Below, piece by piece: positions 51,401-60,521 of a DNA stretch of 64,000 nt. Origin of the DNA: Patescibacteria group bacterium (GTDB lineage Bacteria; Patescibacteriota; Minisyncoccia; Phycocordibacterales; PALSA-1337); assembly GCA_040388415.1 (NCBI GenBank), contig JAZKBV010000001.1, positions 10,369 to 74,368 of the forward strand, written 5' to 3'. The translations under genes and the position numbers were made by a program. The notes under the pieces are model-generated. The model was not told the origin of the DNA. It made no database searches and saw only the letters and a list, made by a program, of their open reading frames with translations. Each line of letters starts with the position of its first letter. Position 1 is the stretch's first letter.

Positions 51401-54400
51401 AAAATCTGAGTTCTGGTCTTAATGCACAAGCGTGTCAGACTGCCACCGCAAACAATGGATCTGACCTGACAGGTTTTGTCTCCATCTGTGCTAATAACTC
51501 GAATTTCTACAATCCACAGACTTACAATGTTGGTGGAGGAGGTGATACATCCGTAATGTCCTTGGCCTCTGGAGATTTCTATATTAACAACGCTACGGCA
51601 AACAAGAAGCTCTACTTCATGACAGGCGGCACCGCGACATCAACAAATATCCGCATGACTGTTGATGGTAACGGCAACGTTGGTATCGGCACAACCACAC
51701 CAAATGCACTCCTTGCTCTTGTGGGTCAGAGCGGTTCAACAGGTCAGATCTTCGACGTCGCTTCATCGTCGGGCGCTTCTTACTTCCATATCACTTCAGC
51801 AGGAAATATCGGCATTGGAACTTCGTCTCCATTTGCAAAACTTTCTATTACTTCTATTGCACAAAATGGTGGAAACTCTCTCCTCACAGTGGCCTCAAGT
51901 AGCGGTTCAACTTTGTTCACTGTTCTTGGTAACGGCAATGTCGGCATCGGCACTTCAAGTCCTCTCGCAACCCTCCATCTCTATAATACAAATACTCCTG
52001 GCGCAGCGCCGTCGATCCTTATGGGAGGAAATAATGGGGGCGACACAGATTTCTGGATGGCGCGCGTCAATGATAATGATTCTACGGATAATGACTTCTT
52101 CCAGATTGGAACAGGAAATACGCCTGGCACGAATCCATATTTCAGCATCAATAGAAACGGATATGTAGGCGTCGGCACCACTTCGCCATTTGCAGTGGTA
52201 TCGATCGCAAATACACGCAACAGCGTCGCCAATACTCCGCTTTTGACCATTGCTTCAACAACGAATGGAACGGCAACCTCAACTCTTATGACAGTGCTTG
52301 CAAACGGCTCTATCGGCATGGGATCAAGTACTCCATCAAGCCTCGCAACTCTCAGTGTCAGCGGTTCAACATACTTGGGCTCAGGCATAGGAACTAGTTT
52401 GACTATCCACTCAGGTATCATCAACTATCCGACACAGGCAACAAGTACAGTTTTGAACGGTCTCGATAACGTTTGGTCTATTGCCACCTCTACGACAAAT
52501 ACTCCGATCTTCAGTATCTCAACACGTTCAAGTCCAGCAGGTCTCATTGGTATCGGCACATCATCACCATTCGGCAGATTCTCACTTGAAATGGGAACAA
52601 TGGCCAATAGTCTCTGGATCGGTAACCAGGGTAGTTCGACACCTTCATTTGTCATCGCTGGTGTGAACGGCAACGGCTCAGTCGGCGTTGCGACGAACAC
52701 CCCTTCAGCGAACTTCGCATTCTCAGTTGGTGGTTCTACGTATCTCGGCGCTGGCGTAGGTAGCAACTTGACTATCCATAGCAACCTCATCAACTATCCG
52801 ATTCAGTCGACCACAACTGTTCCAACAGGAGCGTTTGGCTGGTCTCTCGCGACTTCTACCGCGACTACTGGAAACCCACTCTTCACTACTTCTACGAACG
52901 GTGCAACTTCAACACTCGGCTTCTTTGTCGCTACGACAACAGGACTTGTTGCTGGTCAGGGTATGGGTCTCCCGTCAGCTCTCCAGAACTATATGATCGT
53001 TGGTAACGGTAAGGTTCAAGCTGGTATAGCTATTGTGAAAGGTGGTCTCTGTGTCGATAGTGATGGCTGGTGTACGGCTTCAACTACTGGTCGTGTCACT
53101 GCAGTCTCATCAACACTTGGTGGTTCAGACGTCGCTGAAATGTATTCATCAGCAGATGATCTCAAGCCAGGCGAGATTGTCAGTGCAAGCTATGGCACAT
53201 CGATCGTCCGCGCTTCAAAGGATACCGCTCACTCTCTCATGGGCATCGTTTCTACTGATCCTGGTTTGATACTCGGTCTCCAGCCAGACTCATCAGAATT
53301 TGCAGCAGGAAAGTTCCCAATCGCTCTTAATGGTCGCGTCCCAGTCAGAGTAAGCAATGAAAATGGTCCTATCGCTATCGGTGATCCGATCACTATCTCA
53401 TCAGTCTCTGGCGTCGGTATGCGTGCAACCGGAAGTTCAACCAAGGTGGTCGCCATCGCTCTCGAGCCGATGAACGATGTGAGCGGAACCGTCATGGGCT
53501 TTGTTCAGAACTACGAGCACGATGATCATCTTGCAAGTTTGTCAGTTGATACGAGCGGTACACTCAAGACAGTTGGTGATGTCTGTGCATACGGCACGCA
53601 GTGTTTGAGTGCTTCACTCAACCATATCAATGACCAGTTGAGTGCATTGTCTGCAACTGCCTCATCGACAAATACTGGCAGCGATATATCGAACGTATCG
53701 AGCCAGCTCGCAGCACTACAAGCTCGTATAGATTCTCTTGCATCATCGACTGTTTCGATCGCCGACTTCGCCTCAACGACCTCACGCCTCGAAACATTGA
53801 GCACTTCAACCCTCGCCATGATCGCTTCAACGACTGCTACCACTATCGCTTCATCGACAACATTCATCCAGTCAGTTGCTCTTGCGGTCTACGACATCAT
53901 GAACTCAAGCGGTCAGGTCATCAGCTCTGCAGGAGATTGGTCTGTCCATCAGATCACCGCCGCAATCGGTAATTTCCAGACGCTCATCGCTGGTCGCGTC
54001 GAGACCCAGACAGCCGCAGTGTCAAATGGTCTCGAAATGAAGTCACCAAGCGGACAAACCTGGTGTGTTCGCATCGATGATATGGGTAATTTCCAGAGAA
54101 CACAGGGATCATGCGACACAGCAACATCGACGCCGGTCGTGTCAGCAGCGCCAGTTATCCAAACAAATCCTGTATTTGATACGACATCAACAGGAACTAC
54201 CACAACAGCTACGAGTACCGTGACTACGGTAGAAGATGTAAGCGCAAGCTCAACACCAGCGACTACAGGAACAGAGGGTGCGACCGCCACATCAAGTACA
54301 GCAACAATAACTTCAGATCCTGCACCGAGCCCAACACCTACAACTGAAACTGCGACAGCACCCGCTCCAGAGACATCAACAGTCTCATCAGTAGCACCAA

Positions 54401-54447
54401 CTGATGCAACGACAGGATCTTCGGATGCAACCACGGCAACACCATAA
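39412..54447 (+). CDS. Giant (5011 aa) modular surface/fibre protein
   Basis: Signal peptide, FN3-like domains, internal TM plus second signal peptide, many GNVGIGT and ATSS/ASTT repeats, YadA-head-like NTAxG repeats, C-terminal DVAEMY...GRVPVRV..ENGPI.IGD chaperone-like domain. Confidence 0.9.
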   Translation: MKHFIYTTLVLVGLFTQSAFPVRASVGSTFTASFTTTGVVDSIAPTTPVGVTATPVSQSQINLSWTPSTDNIGVAGYVIFRDASAVATTSVASFVDTGLVASTTYTYEAQAFDTSFNYSSTSAAVSTTTLPVPPVIVATSTPTTSPVVSGGTSGTPFIHGLNIAVQPTEASVTFNTARPARSTISWGTTSDLEGGSITSILYDTTHAVTISNLVPNTHYFARITVVDARGNQFASSIEFVTPTLIYSPLVNPSNFSAQFATVGRTGVNLTWTNPNDARFDSVRIVRSESFFPRDQFDGVLIYEGARESFFDATAIPGKTYYYAIFAKDANGAYSSGALAQASSVVGTNPFVTAPQAGYVDPLIARLTIADFEFIQQGKDLMVNGTSTVMINGMNNLTIRLPYNKVPEVLKTIAVSLTDPKDSSKAFIFLLRANTEKTYYEASIGALNAVGSFPLAISILDYQNQSLKQIAGSVQALVFAAQASSNDTDQLLLLIILVALVALVVYVIRGRRTVGMNKMTGATLALILVFGSFGTFFTPQAHAAINQQINYQGKLTNASNIAVADGSYIASFSLYTAPSGGAAIWTELDNGSNKVVVRNGLFSVMLGSTTPLTGVDFNQTLYLGVTIESDSEMTPRKVIGTVPSAIVAQTLQNITPGQLLRSDIQNSTSTSATFLNVLQSGAGKIAEFFGQSSFSVFSLLSNGNVGVGTSTPGSRFAIAGAAGATTALFSVSTSTSGFATTTTFQIDQNGSLALRNGATLTLNNLNGPLQANNGVVSATSSVGVLYGGTGITTAPAYGNLLIGNNTGGYTLTATSSLGLANLTATNSTLTFSGAYNGSTARTVGINLANSNTWTVNQAFNANDSTSGSIKIQNGSVTSNSGVIGIAGSSNALATGAASGDFVLSTDFSNIIFSAKSGSRSDIYIRSSDGYVGIGTTSPFARLSVDGRGVFNQDVRADYYTATSTSIASTFPYASTTALTVAGTNGLTVGTLNGPLQANNGTVSATSSIGVLYGGTGLTTAPTYGQVLVGNALGGYTLTATSSLGFPVGAAYPFTSLTNYGATNQATTGIAWFQNGLNASSTSHFVNASTTALTVAGNLYVGSLSGLLLATNGTVSSVSTSSLNLSIPLASTTGTLGVANGGTGATAFGQGWIYSVGGTGALSASTSPTVTFLYATSTSIASTFPYASTTALTVSNGAGFFLGSLNGPLQANNGKVSATSSVGVLYGGTGLTTAPSYGNILVGNALGGYTLTATSSLGITGVSGGTAGMLTSWTGGSTLTATGTPTAAAYYASSTTATSTFMGGFVAGTNGLTVLQNGNVGIGNTAPLNKFDVTGSFNSQSLDGQSIRNNDSEGIVLDDGGNGTGIRLTSLGTEFRVDGNNGAFLFNSGNVGIGTSSPFTALSVMGNGYFAGNVTASNFTATSTTATSTFPILRQGEIAIIDPLGSAKYVVATTSTDVGRGNALKYAVSIAQNGSSIYLASTTYDLGNSTLDLSRLNTFFVHLHGAGKYSTVIKSTATFGVLDINSGEEITDLSVINPSYIGINSIEAFRNVLIKDVYILAGTVGMSLTPDRDGTGYIENVTIDSKGDGIQMANGVYDSTMMRIFIHDSDIRGIPGGSSTAYGIKADGVTAYIYNTNIDMSASGGATSYGLEVSERNDYPGYLYVSGGQISSKTTDLVNTAGTPDSTLSITANTIYDVSKATGTLAYADANQIIKSISHGTENLGLGSPNPTHKLEVNGTSFFECGDVDDAFSVYDTPDAISRLKVNCDNPSVVLNNLMTVTEGAVGIGTSSPFTDLSVVGNGYFTGNLTATNITATGTLKVGTLNGPLQANNGIVSATTSVGVRYGGTGLTTAPSYGNILVGNNAGGYTLTATSSLGLGSGTVNSGLQGQVAFYNANGTAVTGTSTLFVGTNGNVGVGTTSSSEKLTVNGNLHLVNSASNAFDGFTIDANNGETGILRAPGASSAALQFIAGTGNSGGYFGIRNSGGTNGTGQFFFNSTQLSQDVQFETNFANSYLGNDGSMNLNNTLYMPAGAGSIGIGTDAPGSVLHLKSVNPTLTVQNNGADGVDSISFVDDEAEKASIKMDAGNNLFSLSSNYNIALLSNNNVGIGTAAPAYALDVNGFVNVDGAYGYKQDGTTILVASSTTLSVLLGGNAGASLTDPNGLSNTAIGFNTLSTATSSVENTAVGYNALANNGTNYNTAVGTWSMYANTFGIDNTAIGGYSLRSNTTGSSSAAGGTSALQANTTGSFNTAFGKSSLRFNTTGSNNTALGFRALFNSLGTGNIGIGYSAGKYETGSDSFYVDNQDRTNTAGDKASALLYGKFNATAANQTLVINASTTVAQSLSVLGSGASYFLGNLGIGTSSPFTKFAVMGDGYYAGNVKASNFTATSSTASSFPYASTTALTVAGNLYVGSLSGLLLGTNGTVSAVSTSSLNLSIPLASTTGTLGVANGGTGATTFSQGWIYSTGGTTALSASTSPTVNYFTATSTTIASTFPYASTTALTVAGTNGLKVGTLNGPLQANNGTVSATSSVGVLYGGTGLTTAPAYGQVLVGNALGGYTLTATSSLGITGVSGGTAGMLTSWTGGSTLTATGTPTAAAYYASSTTATSTFRGGLSVAGSAGLTVLQNGNVGIGTASPSYKLHVAGTFAVQTGTGGSTSDSPSSDSFTTTYPNITANSVTGDYGGFSFTFYDDGSGNLLDTGDDHQIGTINYVNGVVSTVDFGDDTIDQINYTYSGTYALTTDSSGKVGIGTLSHLSNLDVGGNVAIGSYAGTNAAPTNGLIVSGNVGIGTASPEQTLHVKGPLLIEGNPTPRLYFKSNDGNWFVIDRYSGQESYSGYFGENGDTGDLFFRGQGSFYFGDQSTPAILANGATKKATFIFASSTAFSTAYASSTRDFVGTLNLPNITGTQCLHSVSGVVSGTGSDCASVAYPFTSLTNYGATNQATTGIAWFQNGINASSTSHFVNASTTVLSATAICISTDCRSAWPTGGGSGGGSWSTTTSQVTGRLVNYSNNTTDIVAIGANSTTTAKYWFDPNTQTSFLSGNVGIGTTSPFTALSVMGNGYFAGNVTASNFTATSTVASTFPYASTTALTVAGTNGLTVGTLNGPLQANNGTVSATSSVGVLYGGTGLTTAPTYGQILVGNNAGGYTLTATSSLGLPTFQYPFTSLTNYGATNQATTGIAWFQNGLNASSTSHFVNASTTALTVAGNLYVGSLSGLLLGTNGTVSAVSTSSLNLSIPLASTTGTLGVANGGTGATTFSQGWIYSTGGTTALSASTSPTVNYFTATSTSIASTFPYASTTAFSATGNAYVGGALAVGNQYIVATGTNAFASGYSDGAGGLSLIKSTGVGSVALGYVLNAGSINSNNSGSVAVGYAGYGNSINSQAAGSFAGGNTTILSGNIVASGAGSFVWGSNISATQSLSTAFGKGFTNSTADTFQVGYSSTPTLTVNTTGVGIGTTSPYAPLSVNGQVVASYFTATTSTASVFPYASTTALTVAGTNGLTVGTLNGPLQANNGTVSATSSVGVLYGGTGLTTAPTYGQVLVGNALGGYTLTATSSLGFPVGAAYPFTSLTNYGATNQATTGIAWFQNGLNASSTSHFETALFNGNVGIGTTSPFTALSVMGNGYFANNVTASYFTATSTTATSTFAGDISVGSGGSDAFVVDYSGNVGIGTSTPWKTLSVAGSMVLTGGLYDNAASAGTAGYVLMSTATGVRWVATTTSSGTYSFTPLTNFGATNQATTGIAWFQNGLNASSTSHFDNASTTVLSAATICISTDCRSAWPTGGGSGSSSWSTTTSSVAGRFINYSNNTTDIVTIGGNATTTAKYWFDPNAFTSFFTGNVGIGTTSPFTALSVMGSGYFANNVTASYFTATSTTATSTFAGDVTVGSGSDTYFIVDYTGNVGIGSTTPYAKLSVSNGSQQDGTLPLFTIASTTNQSLFAVLGNGNVTIGTTSQQSIDPNNPAKLLIDMGTSQSEEGINVIGTVNDFLENNVKNLSSGLNAQACQTATANNGSDLTGFVSICANNSNFYNPQTYNVGGGGDTSVMSLASGDFYINNATANKKLYFMTGGTATSTNIRMTVDGNGNVGIGTTTPNALLALVGQSGSTGQIFDVASSSGASYFHITSAGNIGIGTSSPFAKLSITSIAQNGGNSLLTVASSSGSTLFTVLGNGNVGIGTSSPLATLHLYNTNTPGAAPSILMGGNNGGDTDFWMARVNDNDSTDNDFFQIGTGNTPGTNPYFSINRNGYVGVGTTSPFAVVSIANTRNSVANTPLLTIASTTNGTATSTLMTVLANGSIGMGSSTPSSLATLSVSGSTYLGSGIGTSLTIHSGIINYPTQATSTVLNGLDNVWSIATSTTNTPIFSISTRSSPAGLIGIGTSSPFGRFSLEMGTMANSLWIGNQGSSTPSFVIAGVNGNGSVGVATNTPSANFAFSVGGSTYLGAGVGSNLTIHSNLINYPIQSTTTVPTGAFGWSLATSTATTGNPLFTTSTNGATSTLGFFVATTTGLVAGQGMGLPSALQNYMIVGNGKVQAGIAIVKGGLCVDSDGWCTASTTGRVTAVSSTLGGSDVAEMYSSADDLKPGEIVSASYGTSIVRASKDTAHSLMGIVSTDPGLILGLQPDSSEFAAGKFPIALNGRVPVRVSNENGPIAIGDPITISSVSGVGMRATGSSTKVVAIALEPMNDVSGTVMGFVQNYEHDDHLASLSVDTSGTLKTVGDVCAYGTQCLSASLNHINDQLSALSATASSTNTGSDISNVSSQLAALQARIDSLASSTVSIADFASTTSRLETLSTSTLAMIASTTATTIASSTTFIQSVALAVYDIMNSSGQVISSAGDWSVHQITAAIGNFQTLIAGRVETQTAAVSNGLEMKSPSGQTWCVRIDDMGNFQRTQGSCDTATSTPVVSAAPVIQTNPVFDTTSTGTTTTATSTVTTVEDVSASSTPATTGTEGATATSSTATITSDPAPSPTPTTETATAPAPETSTVSSVAPTDATTGSSDATTATP
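46621..46878 (+). repeat. 258-bp identical intragenic repeat, copy 1
   Basis: Identical to 49027-49284; a diverged third copy near 42680-42940. Confidence 0.9.
49027..49284 (+). repeat. 258-bp identical intragenic repeat, copy 2
   Basis: Identical to 46621-46878 (offset 2406, in frame). Confidence 0.9.
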
Positions 54448-54468
54448 AAATAAGATATAATACTGTAC

Positions 54469-55335
54469 ATGAAAAAAATACTCTTTACTGTATCGCTCAT
54501 GCTCATCCTCTCAACGGGAGGCAATTATGCCTATGCGCTTGAAGATATTACTACCGGACTTGTCGCGCACTATACATTTGACGAGGGAACTCGATATGCC
54601 ACTGTTATTGATAGCTCTGGAAATAGTCATGATGGAACACCTCAAGGCAACGGTCCTTTTCAGCCGCAATATTCTACAGATACGCCGATCAATACCTATT
54701 CATTATCGTGTAATCAAGATGCACAGCAGGGTGAGGCAGTTAACGTAGGAAATTTCCTTGATAATGATCCAACATTTACCGTATCACTTTGGTATAAGGG
54801 TCATGCCATGGGACAAGACGAAATGATTATCGGTAAGTGGAGTCCAGGCGGTCAGTCCACTGGAGCAGGGTGGGGAATGATGCAGTTCATTAGCGGCGAA
54901 AATCTGATTGACGGTCAGCTTCAAGATCCAGGAGGAGCGAACTGGGTCGAGCAAAATTTTTCGCAGACGCAGGATAACTTGTGGCATCATCTCGTTATGG
55001 TTACAAATGGAGATCTTACGACTGGGTTGGATGATACGAACATGACGTTTTATATCGATGGAGTAGTTGCGACTATTGATTATGTCCTTGGTGGTGGTCA
55101 CGGAACTGTTCATTCATTTACAAATAGTAATGATATTATTTTGTGTGGATCACAGGGCGGTCAACCGACGCTCGAAGGTCAAATCGCTGATGTTCGTTTG
55201 TACGATAGGCCGCTCACAGGGGCGCAAGTTACAGCGCTCTATAACAAGCAGGGTAGCGGGGCGCCTCAATATAAGACAAAGATCTCTACATTACGTCGTT
55301 TTGCGGTCAAAGTTGGAAGGTATTTTCACTTCTAA
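54469..55335 (+). CDS. Secreted LamG/concanavalin-like lectin domain protein
   Basis: GLVAHYTFDEG, DSSGN..G, FTVSLW, WHHLV, FYIDG, G.IADVRLYDRPL. Confidence 0.88.
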   Translation: MKKILFTVSLMLILSTGGNYAYALEDITTGLVAHYTFDEGTRYATVIDSSGNSHDGTPQGNGPFQPQYSTDTPINTYSLSCNQDAQQGEAVNVGNFLDNDPTFTVSLWYKGHAMGQDEMIIGKWSPGGQSTGAGWGMMQFISGENLIDGQLQDPGGANWVEQNFSQTQDNLWHHLVMVTNGDLTTGLDDTNMTFYIDGVVATIDYVLGGGHGTVHSFTNSNDIILCGSQGGQPTLEGQIADVRLYDRPLTGAQVTALYNKQGSGAPQYKTKISTLRRFAVKVGRYFHF

Positions 55336-55524
55336 TATGATTGTTCTAGTAAAATAATGGCTCTGTGTAGGGTTTATTTGGCGTTTACGCCACTTGCTTT
55401 TTGTCTATAGATATGCTATACTACTCTCGCTGTATGTTTCTCGTCACATACGCGTTAGCATTAACGACTGAGAGCTCCGCTAGCGCGTTACTGTATAAGT
55501 GATTCGTTGCGGGTAATAAAAGAA

Positions 55525-55776
55525 ATGTCAAAGAGACTTTTCGTAGGCAGTATTGCCTGGGGTACAACCGACGCCACCCTGAAGAAGCACTTCGAACAGG
55601 CTGGGGAAGTTGAGTCAGCAGCAGTTATCATCGACAAGATGTCAGGCCGTTCAAAGGGCTTCGGCTTCGTGGAGATGGCAAATGATGCAGATGCAGCTAC
55701 AGCTGTTGAGAAGCTCAACGGTTCAGAACTCGACGGTCGCAAGATCGTAGTTTCTGAGGCTCGCCCAAAGCAGTAA
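55525..55776 (+). CDS. RRM RNA-binding protein
   Basis: RNP2 LFVGSI, RNP1 KGFGFVEM, LNG.ELDGR.I.VSEARP. Confidence 0.95.
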   Translation: MSKRLFVGSIAWGTTDATLKKHFEQAGEVESAAVIIDKMSGRSKGFGFVEMANDADAATAVEKLNGSELDGRKIVVSEARPKQ

Positions 55777-55799
55777 TTTATTACTCTTCTGGTACGCTT

Positions 55800-55835
55800 A
55801 ACAAAAATACTCACAGCAATGTGAGTATTTTTGTT
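55800..55835. terminator. Bidirectional terminator
   Basis: AACAAAAATACTCACA-GCAA-TGTGAGTATTTTTGTT. Confidence 0.85.
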
Positions 55836-55854
55836 TGTCCGATTCTTCTAACTC

Positions 55855-56553
55855 CTAGTTTATATTTCTCCACCATTCTGACACCGGTGCTTTTTGTATG
55901 AGGCTGACCGCTTCTTCGACTGAGTCAGTGATATGGAAGAGTTTAAGATCGCGCTCTTCGATCGTATGATATCCATCGAGCATCGCTTTTTCAATCATAG
56001 CTTTGACAGGATTCCAGAAGCCAGAATCAAAGAGGATGACAGGTACATGAGGGATCTTGCCAGTCTGGATGAGGGTGAGCACGCTGAAGAGTTCGTCGAA
56101 TGTACCAAATCCTCCCGGAAAATAGACGTATGCTTCTGCGGCGAATGAGAGCATGGTCTTGCGAGAGAAAAAGTACGTGAACTTCATCGAATGAGTGACA
56201 TATGGATTAACTGAGTGCTCATGTGGAAGTGTGACATTGAGTCCGAGTGAGATGCCACCGTTATCGTATGCACCTTTGTTGGCAGCCTCCATGATGCCAG
56301 GTCCACCGCCGGTCAGCACCGCGTATTTGAGATCGCGCGCCACGCATGCGGCCAAGTCATATGCTTTTTTGTAATGTTCGCTGTCGCGACTGGCGAGCGA
56401 TGAACCAAAGACGGTTATGGATTTTGGATATTTTGAAAGAAAGTCGAAGCCATCGTAAAATTCGCGATTGATGCGTTCGAGGTGCGTCAGGATCTCTTTT
56501 GCATGTATGTCTTCGCGGACGAACGGATTGCTGTTTTTATTTTTAGAATTCAT
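55855..56553 (-). CDS. LOG-family (TIGR00730) nucleotide phosphoribohydrolase
   Basis: TGGGPGIMEAANKGA, YFFSRK, PGGFGTFDELF. Confidence 0.92.
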   Translation of the reverse strand: MNSKNKNSNPFVREDIHAKEILTHLERINREFYDGFDFLSKYPKSITVFGSSLASRDSEHYKKAYDLAACVARDLKYAVLTGGGPGIMEAANKGAYDNGGISLGLNVTLPHEHSVNPYVTHSMKFTYFFSRKTMLSFAAEAYVYFPGGFGTFDELFSVLTLIQTGKIPHVPVILFDSGFWNPVKAMIEKAMLDGYHTIEERDLKLFHITDSVEEAVSLIQKAPVSEWWRNIN

Positions 56554-56561
56554 GGAAGTAG

Positions 56562-57866
<1,305 letters not shown>

Positions 57867-57880
57867 CCGTCAGATAGATC

Positions 57881-58642
57881 CTAAGGGTTTTGGATGGATT
57901 GAGTATACATGTTCATCTCATCAATGAGACCTGTGAATCCAGTGCTACCATAATTTCCAATAAGAATTATGTTTGTAGCCGCAATGTCCTGGATTATACC
58001 GCTTACTGTATTATCCAATTTTCCATTTACGTAATAATTCGTACTGCCACCATTGATATTAGACCAACTTAACATTATATGATTCCATTCACCTGGTTTA
58101 ATTCCGGTTTTGGTTGTTATGCCAGTATAACTATTCTCGGCTGTTATATGACAACTACTATCTTTAATTCTTAACCATAAATTAGCAATATAAATGAGAT
58201 TTATAAAACCACTCGAAGGACAAACAAACGATGAGGATGGCTTTATCCAAAAAGATATGCTGCCGTTTAATGGATTAATCGGGAAATTCAAAACTGTAAA
58301 TTGAGAAAGCGGCATGCTGCAGTTAGCACTGGTAGTTGTGAAATTTAACGCGCTTCCTTTAATTCCATTCGAGTCTACTGATACGTTTGTGCATGTCCAT
58401 GACGGTGAAGAATTTCCTGTCGCATCGATTGGTGGCACAGTATTAAGCGGATAGAGGGATACTGCATTTGTTGAAAACGCATGGTACGTATGATCATCAA
58501 AAGTTTGTCCTGCTCCAACCACTCCTTTTTGACGAGCACTCTGTAGACTCGCCAACACAACACTCGATAATAGCCCGATAATCGAGATTACCACCAGGAG
58601 CTCAATCAGAGTAAAACCTTTCGTGTGCGATTTATTGGTCAT
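57881..58642 (-). CDS. Type IV pilin-like protein with LamG domain
   Basis: G|FTLIELLVVISIIGLL prepilin motif; SISFWIK, WNHI, YVNGKL, FTGLIDE. Confidence 0.9.
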   Translation of the reverse strand: MTNKSHTKGFTLIELLVVISIIGLLSSVVLASLQSARQKGVVGAGQTFDDHTYHAFSTNAVSLYPLNTVPPIDATGNSSPSWTCTNVSVDSNGIKGSALNFTTTSANCSMPLSQFTVLNFPINPLNGSISFWIKPSSSFVCPSSGFINLIYIANLWLRIKDSSCHITAENSYTGITTKTGIKPGEWNHIMLSWSNINGGSTNYYVNGKLDNTVSGIIQDIAATNIILIGNYGSTGFTGLIDEMNMYTQSIQNP

Positions 58643-58671
58643 TGAATTATTGATAATTGTATCATTAATCT

Positions 58672-59667
58672 CTAAATCTCTTTTACCTTATATTCATCAG
58701 GAGCTCTATTGAGCCACCATTCGAGCTGGTCACGGGTGAGCAAGCCTTCTTGTGCGCCGATGAATTGAGCGACTGACATTGGATTGACGGGAGCCCAGAT
58801 GAGAGCTTCAAGTGGATCTTTACCGAGAGCGAGCGCAGAGATAAAAGTGGAAGCCCACGCATCTCCACAACCAGTGCGTTCAAAGGCTGGACGTGGGTCG
58901 GGATACATCGGCACATGATAGTAGTGCTCGCCAGTATAGAGGTATGCGCCGTTGGTGTTGTCAGTGATAGCGACCATTTTTGGTCCATAGTCAGCGAGAT
59001 TTTTTATGAGAGCTTTGATGTCGCGTGTCTTGGTCTTGAGCATGCGTTGTGCTTCTTCGACATTTACAACAAGTAAATCAGTTTTTTTGTATATGCGTTC
59101 AAGTTTCTCAAATCCGAGCTCCATCTGGAATGTACCTGGTTGGAAAGCGAGCCTGACCGTCGGGTTCTTTTCGAGGTAGTCCGCTATCATCATATGATAG
59201 TCATACGTAGTCGAAGCGAGCGAAGTGAGGTAAATCCATTTCGGCGCAGGGAATGCAGGGAGCTTGTAATCATAGTCGGTGTGTTTGACCAGGATAGTGC
59301 GGTCGACGTCATACCAGAGTACGAAGTGGTAGTTGCTCGGCTTGTTTGGGTGGATCTTTACATATGAGGTGATGACGCTGTTTTTTTGCAGTTCAGCCAT
59401 ATCGTCTTTGCCGCCCTGGTCGCCGCCGAGGTTAGTGATGAGGGCAGAACGAAGTCCGAGGCGAGCACCGCTGACTGCAGCATTGGCAGCATTGCCGACT
59501 GCTTTGACTACTTTTACATACTCGAAGGGAATCTTGTCGCCAAAGGGCATACAGATCTCGCAGTCATTCGTATTCACTTTACAGGTGACATGAGCATCTT
59601 TGAGTCTTATAAAAGCGTCGGTAGTAGTATCGCCGATGGCAACGATATCAAGTGGTTTTTTGAACAT
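58672..59667 (-). CDS. PfkB-family carbohydrate kinase
   Basis: GNAANAAVSGARLGL, NVEEA, ERTGCGDAWAS. Confidence 0.9.
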   Translation of the reverse strand: MFKKPLDIVAIGDTTTDAFIRLKDAHVTCKVNTNDCEICMPFGDKIPFEYVKVVKAVGNAANAAVSGARLGLRSALITNLGGDQGGKDDMAELQKNSVITSYVKIHPNKPSNYHFVLWYDVDRTILVKHTDYDYKLPAFPAPKWIYLTSLASTTYDYHMMIADYLEKNPTVRLAFQPGTFQMELGFEKLERIYKKTDLLVVNVEEAQRMLKTKTRDIKALIKNLADYGPKMVAITDNTNGAYLYTGEHYYHVPMYPDPRPAFERTGCGDAWASTFISALALGKDPLEALIWAPVNPMSVAQFIGAQEGLLTRDQLEWWLNRAPDEYKVKEI

Positions 59668-59814
59668 GAGGAAATTATAACATGAGTAATAAAAAAGCCT
59701 TACGTTATACACAGTTTATGTTGTTGAAGAGGCGTAGCATTACATGTTAATATATAGGTATTCGAACTTGTTTTCGTACCTGTTTTTATTAAAATTATCA
59801 ATTAATTTATTTCA

Positions 59815-60519
59815 ATGATTAGAAAAATAACCCGCACACTCAATCAAGCCGTATTGGCGCTTTTTGTGCTCACATTTATCTTCACCGCTGTTGAGCCTGC
59901 GATCAGTTTTGGTGCAGTTACAACAAGTCAGTTCACTATTTCTCAGACAGTCACGAGTGAGATTTCGTTCGCAACACCAGCTGCAAATGTCACCATGTCG
60001 CCTTCGCTCGGAGGTATCACTGGTGGTACGTCAAATGGACAAACTCAAGTTGTGGTTACGACCAACAACTCTACTGGCTATAATATGACGCTTACTGCGA
60101 GCTCATCTGTTGGCATGATTGGCAATGCAAGTTCATCGAACAGTATCCCCGCATATACGCCTACAGTTAACCTTGTTCCTGACTATAGCTTCACTACTCC
60201 ATCAAATGCAGCTCGTTTCGGTTATAGTGTTGCCGCATCATCGACTGCTGACAACGTCACATTGTTCAAGAACAACGGATCAAATGCATGTAATACAGGT
60301 GCAAGTACAAACTCAGCAACAAGTAATGTAACGATTAACTGCTGGCTTAACGCATCAACAACTGCTATAACTATCATAAATCGTTCTCTCCAGACGCCAG
60401 CGTCAGGTGCAACGTCAACAGTTTACTTTAGAGTCAATATCACCTCTAACCCAAGTCCAGTTATTCCAAATGATACATACGTAGCAACATCGACTCTCAC
60501 AGCAACAACTAATCCATAA
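59815..60519 (+). CDS. Secreted WxL-like/pilin-like beta protein, paralog 1
   Basis: Signal peptide; 'TNNSTGYNMTL', two Cys, terminal 'DTYVATSTLTATTNP'. Confidence 0.7.
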   Translation: MIRKITRTLNQAVLALFVLTFIFTAVEPAISFGAVTTSQFTISQTVTSEISFATPAANVTMSPSLGGITGGTSNGQTQVVVTTNNSTGYNMTLTASSSVGMIGNASSSNSIPAYTPTVNLVPDYSFTTPSNAARFGYSVAASSTADNVTLFKNNGSNACNTGASTNSATSNVTINCWLNASTTAITIINRSLQTPASGATSTVYFRVNITSNPSPVIPNDTYVATSTLTATTNP

Positions 60520-60521
60520 AC

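Noticed and set aside
39626-54524. Many short alternative-frame and antisense ORFs over the giant gene (and over other genes)
   Set aside because: Shadows of biased codon usage in real genes; no independent motifs or expression signals
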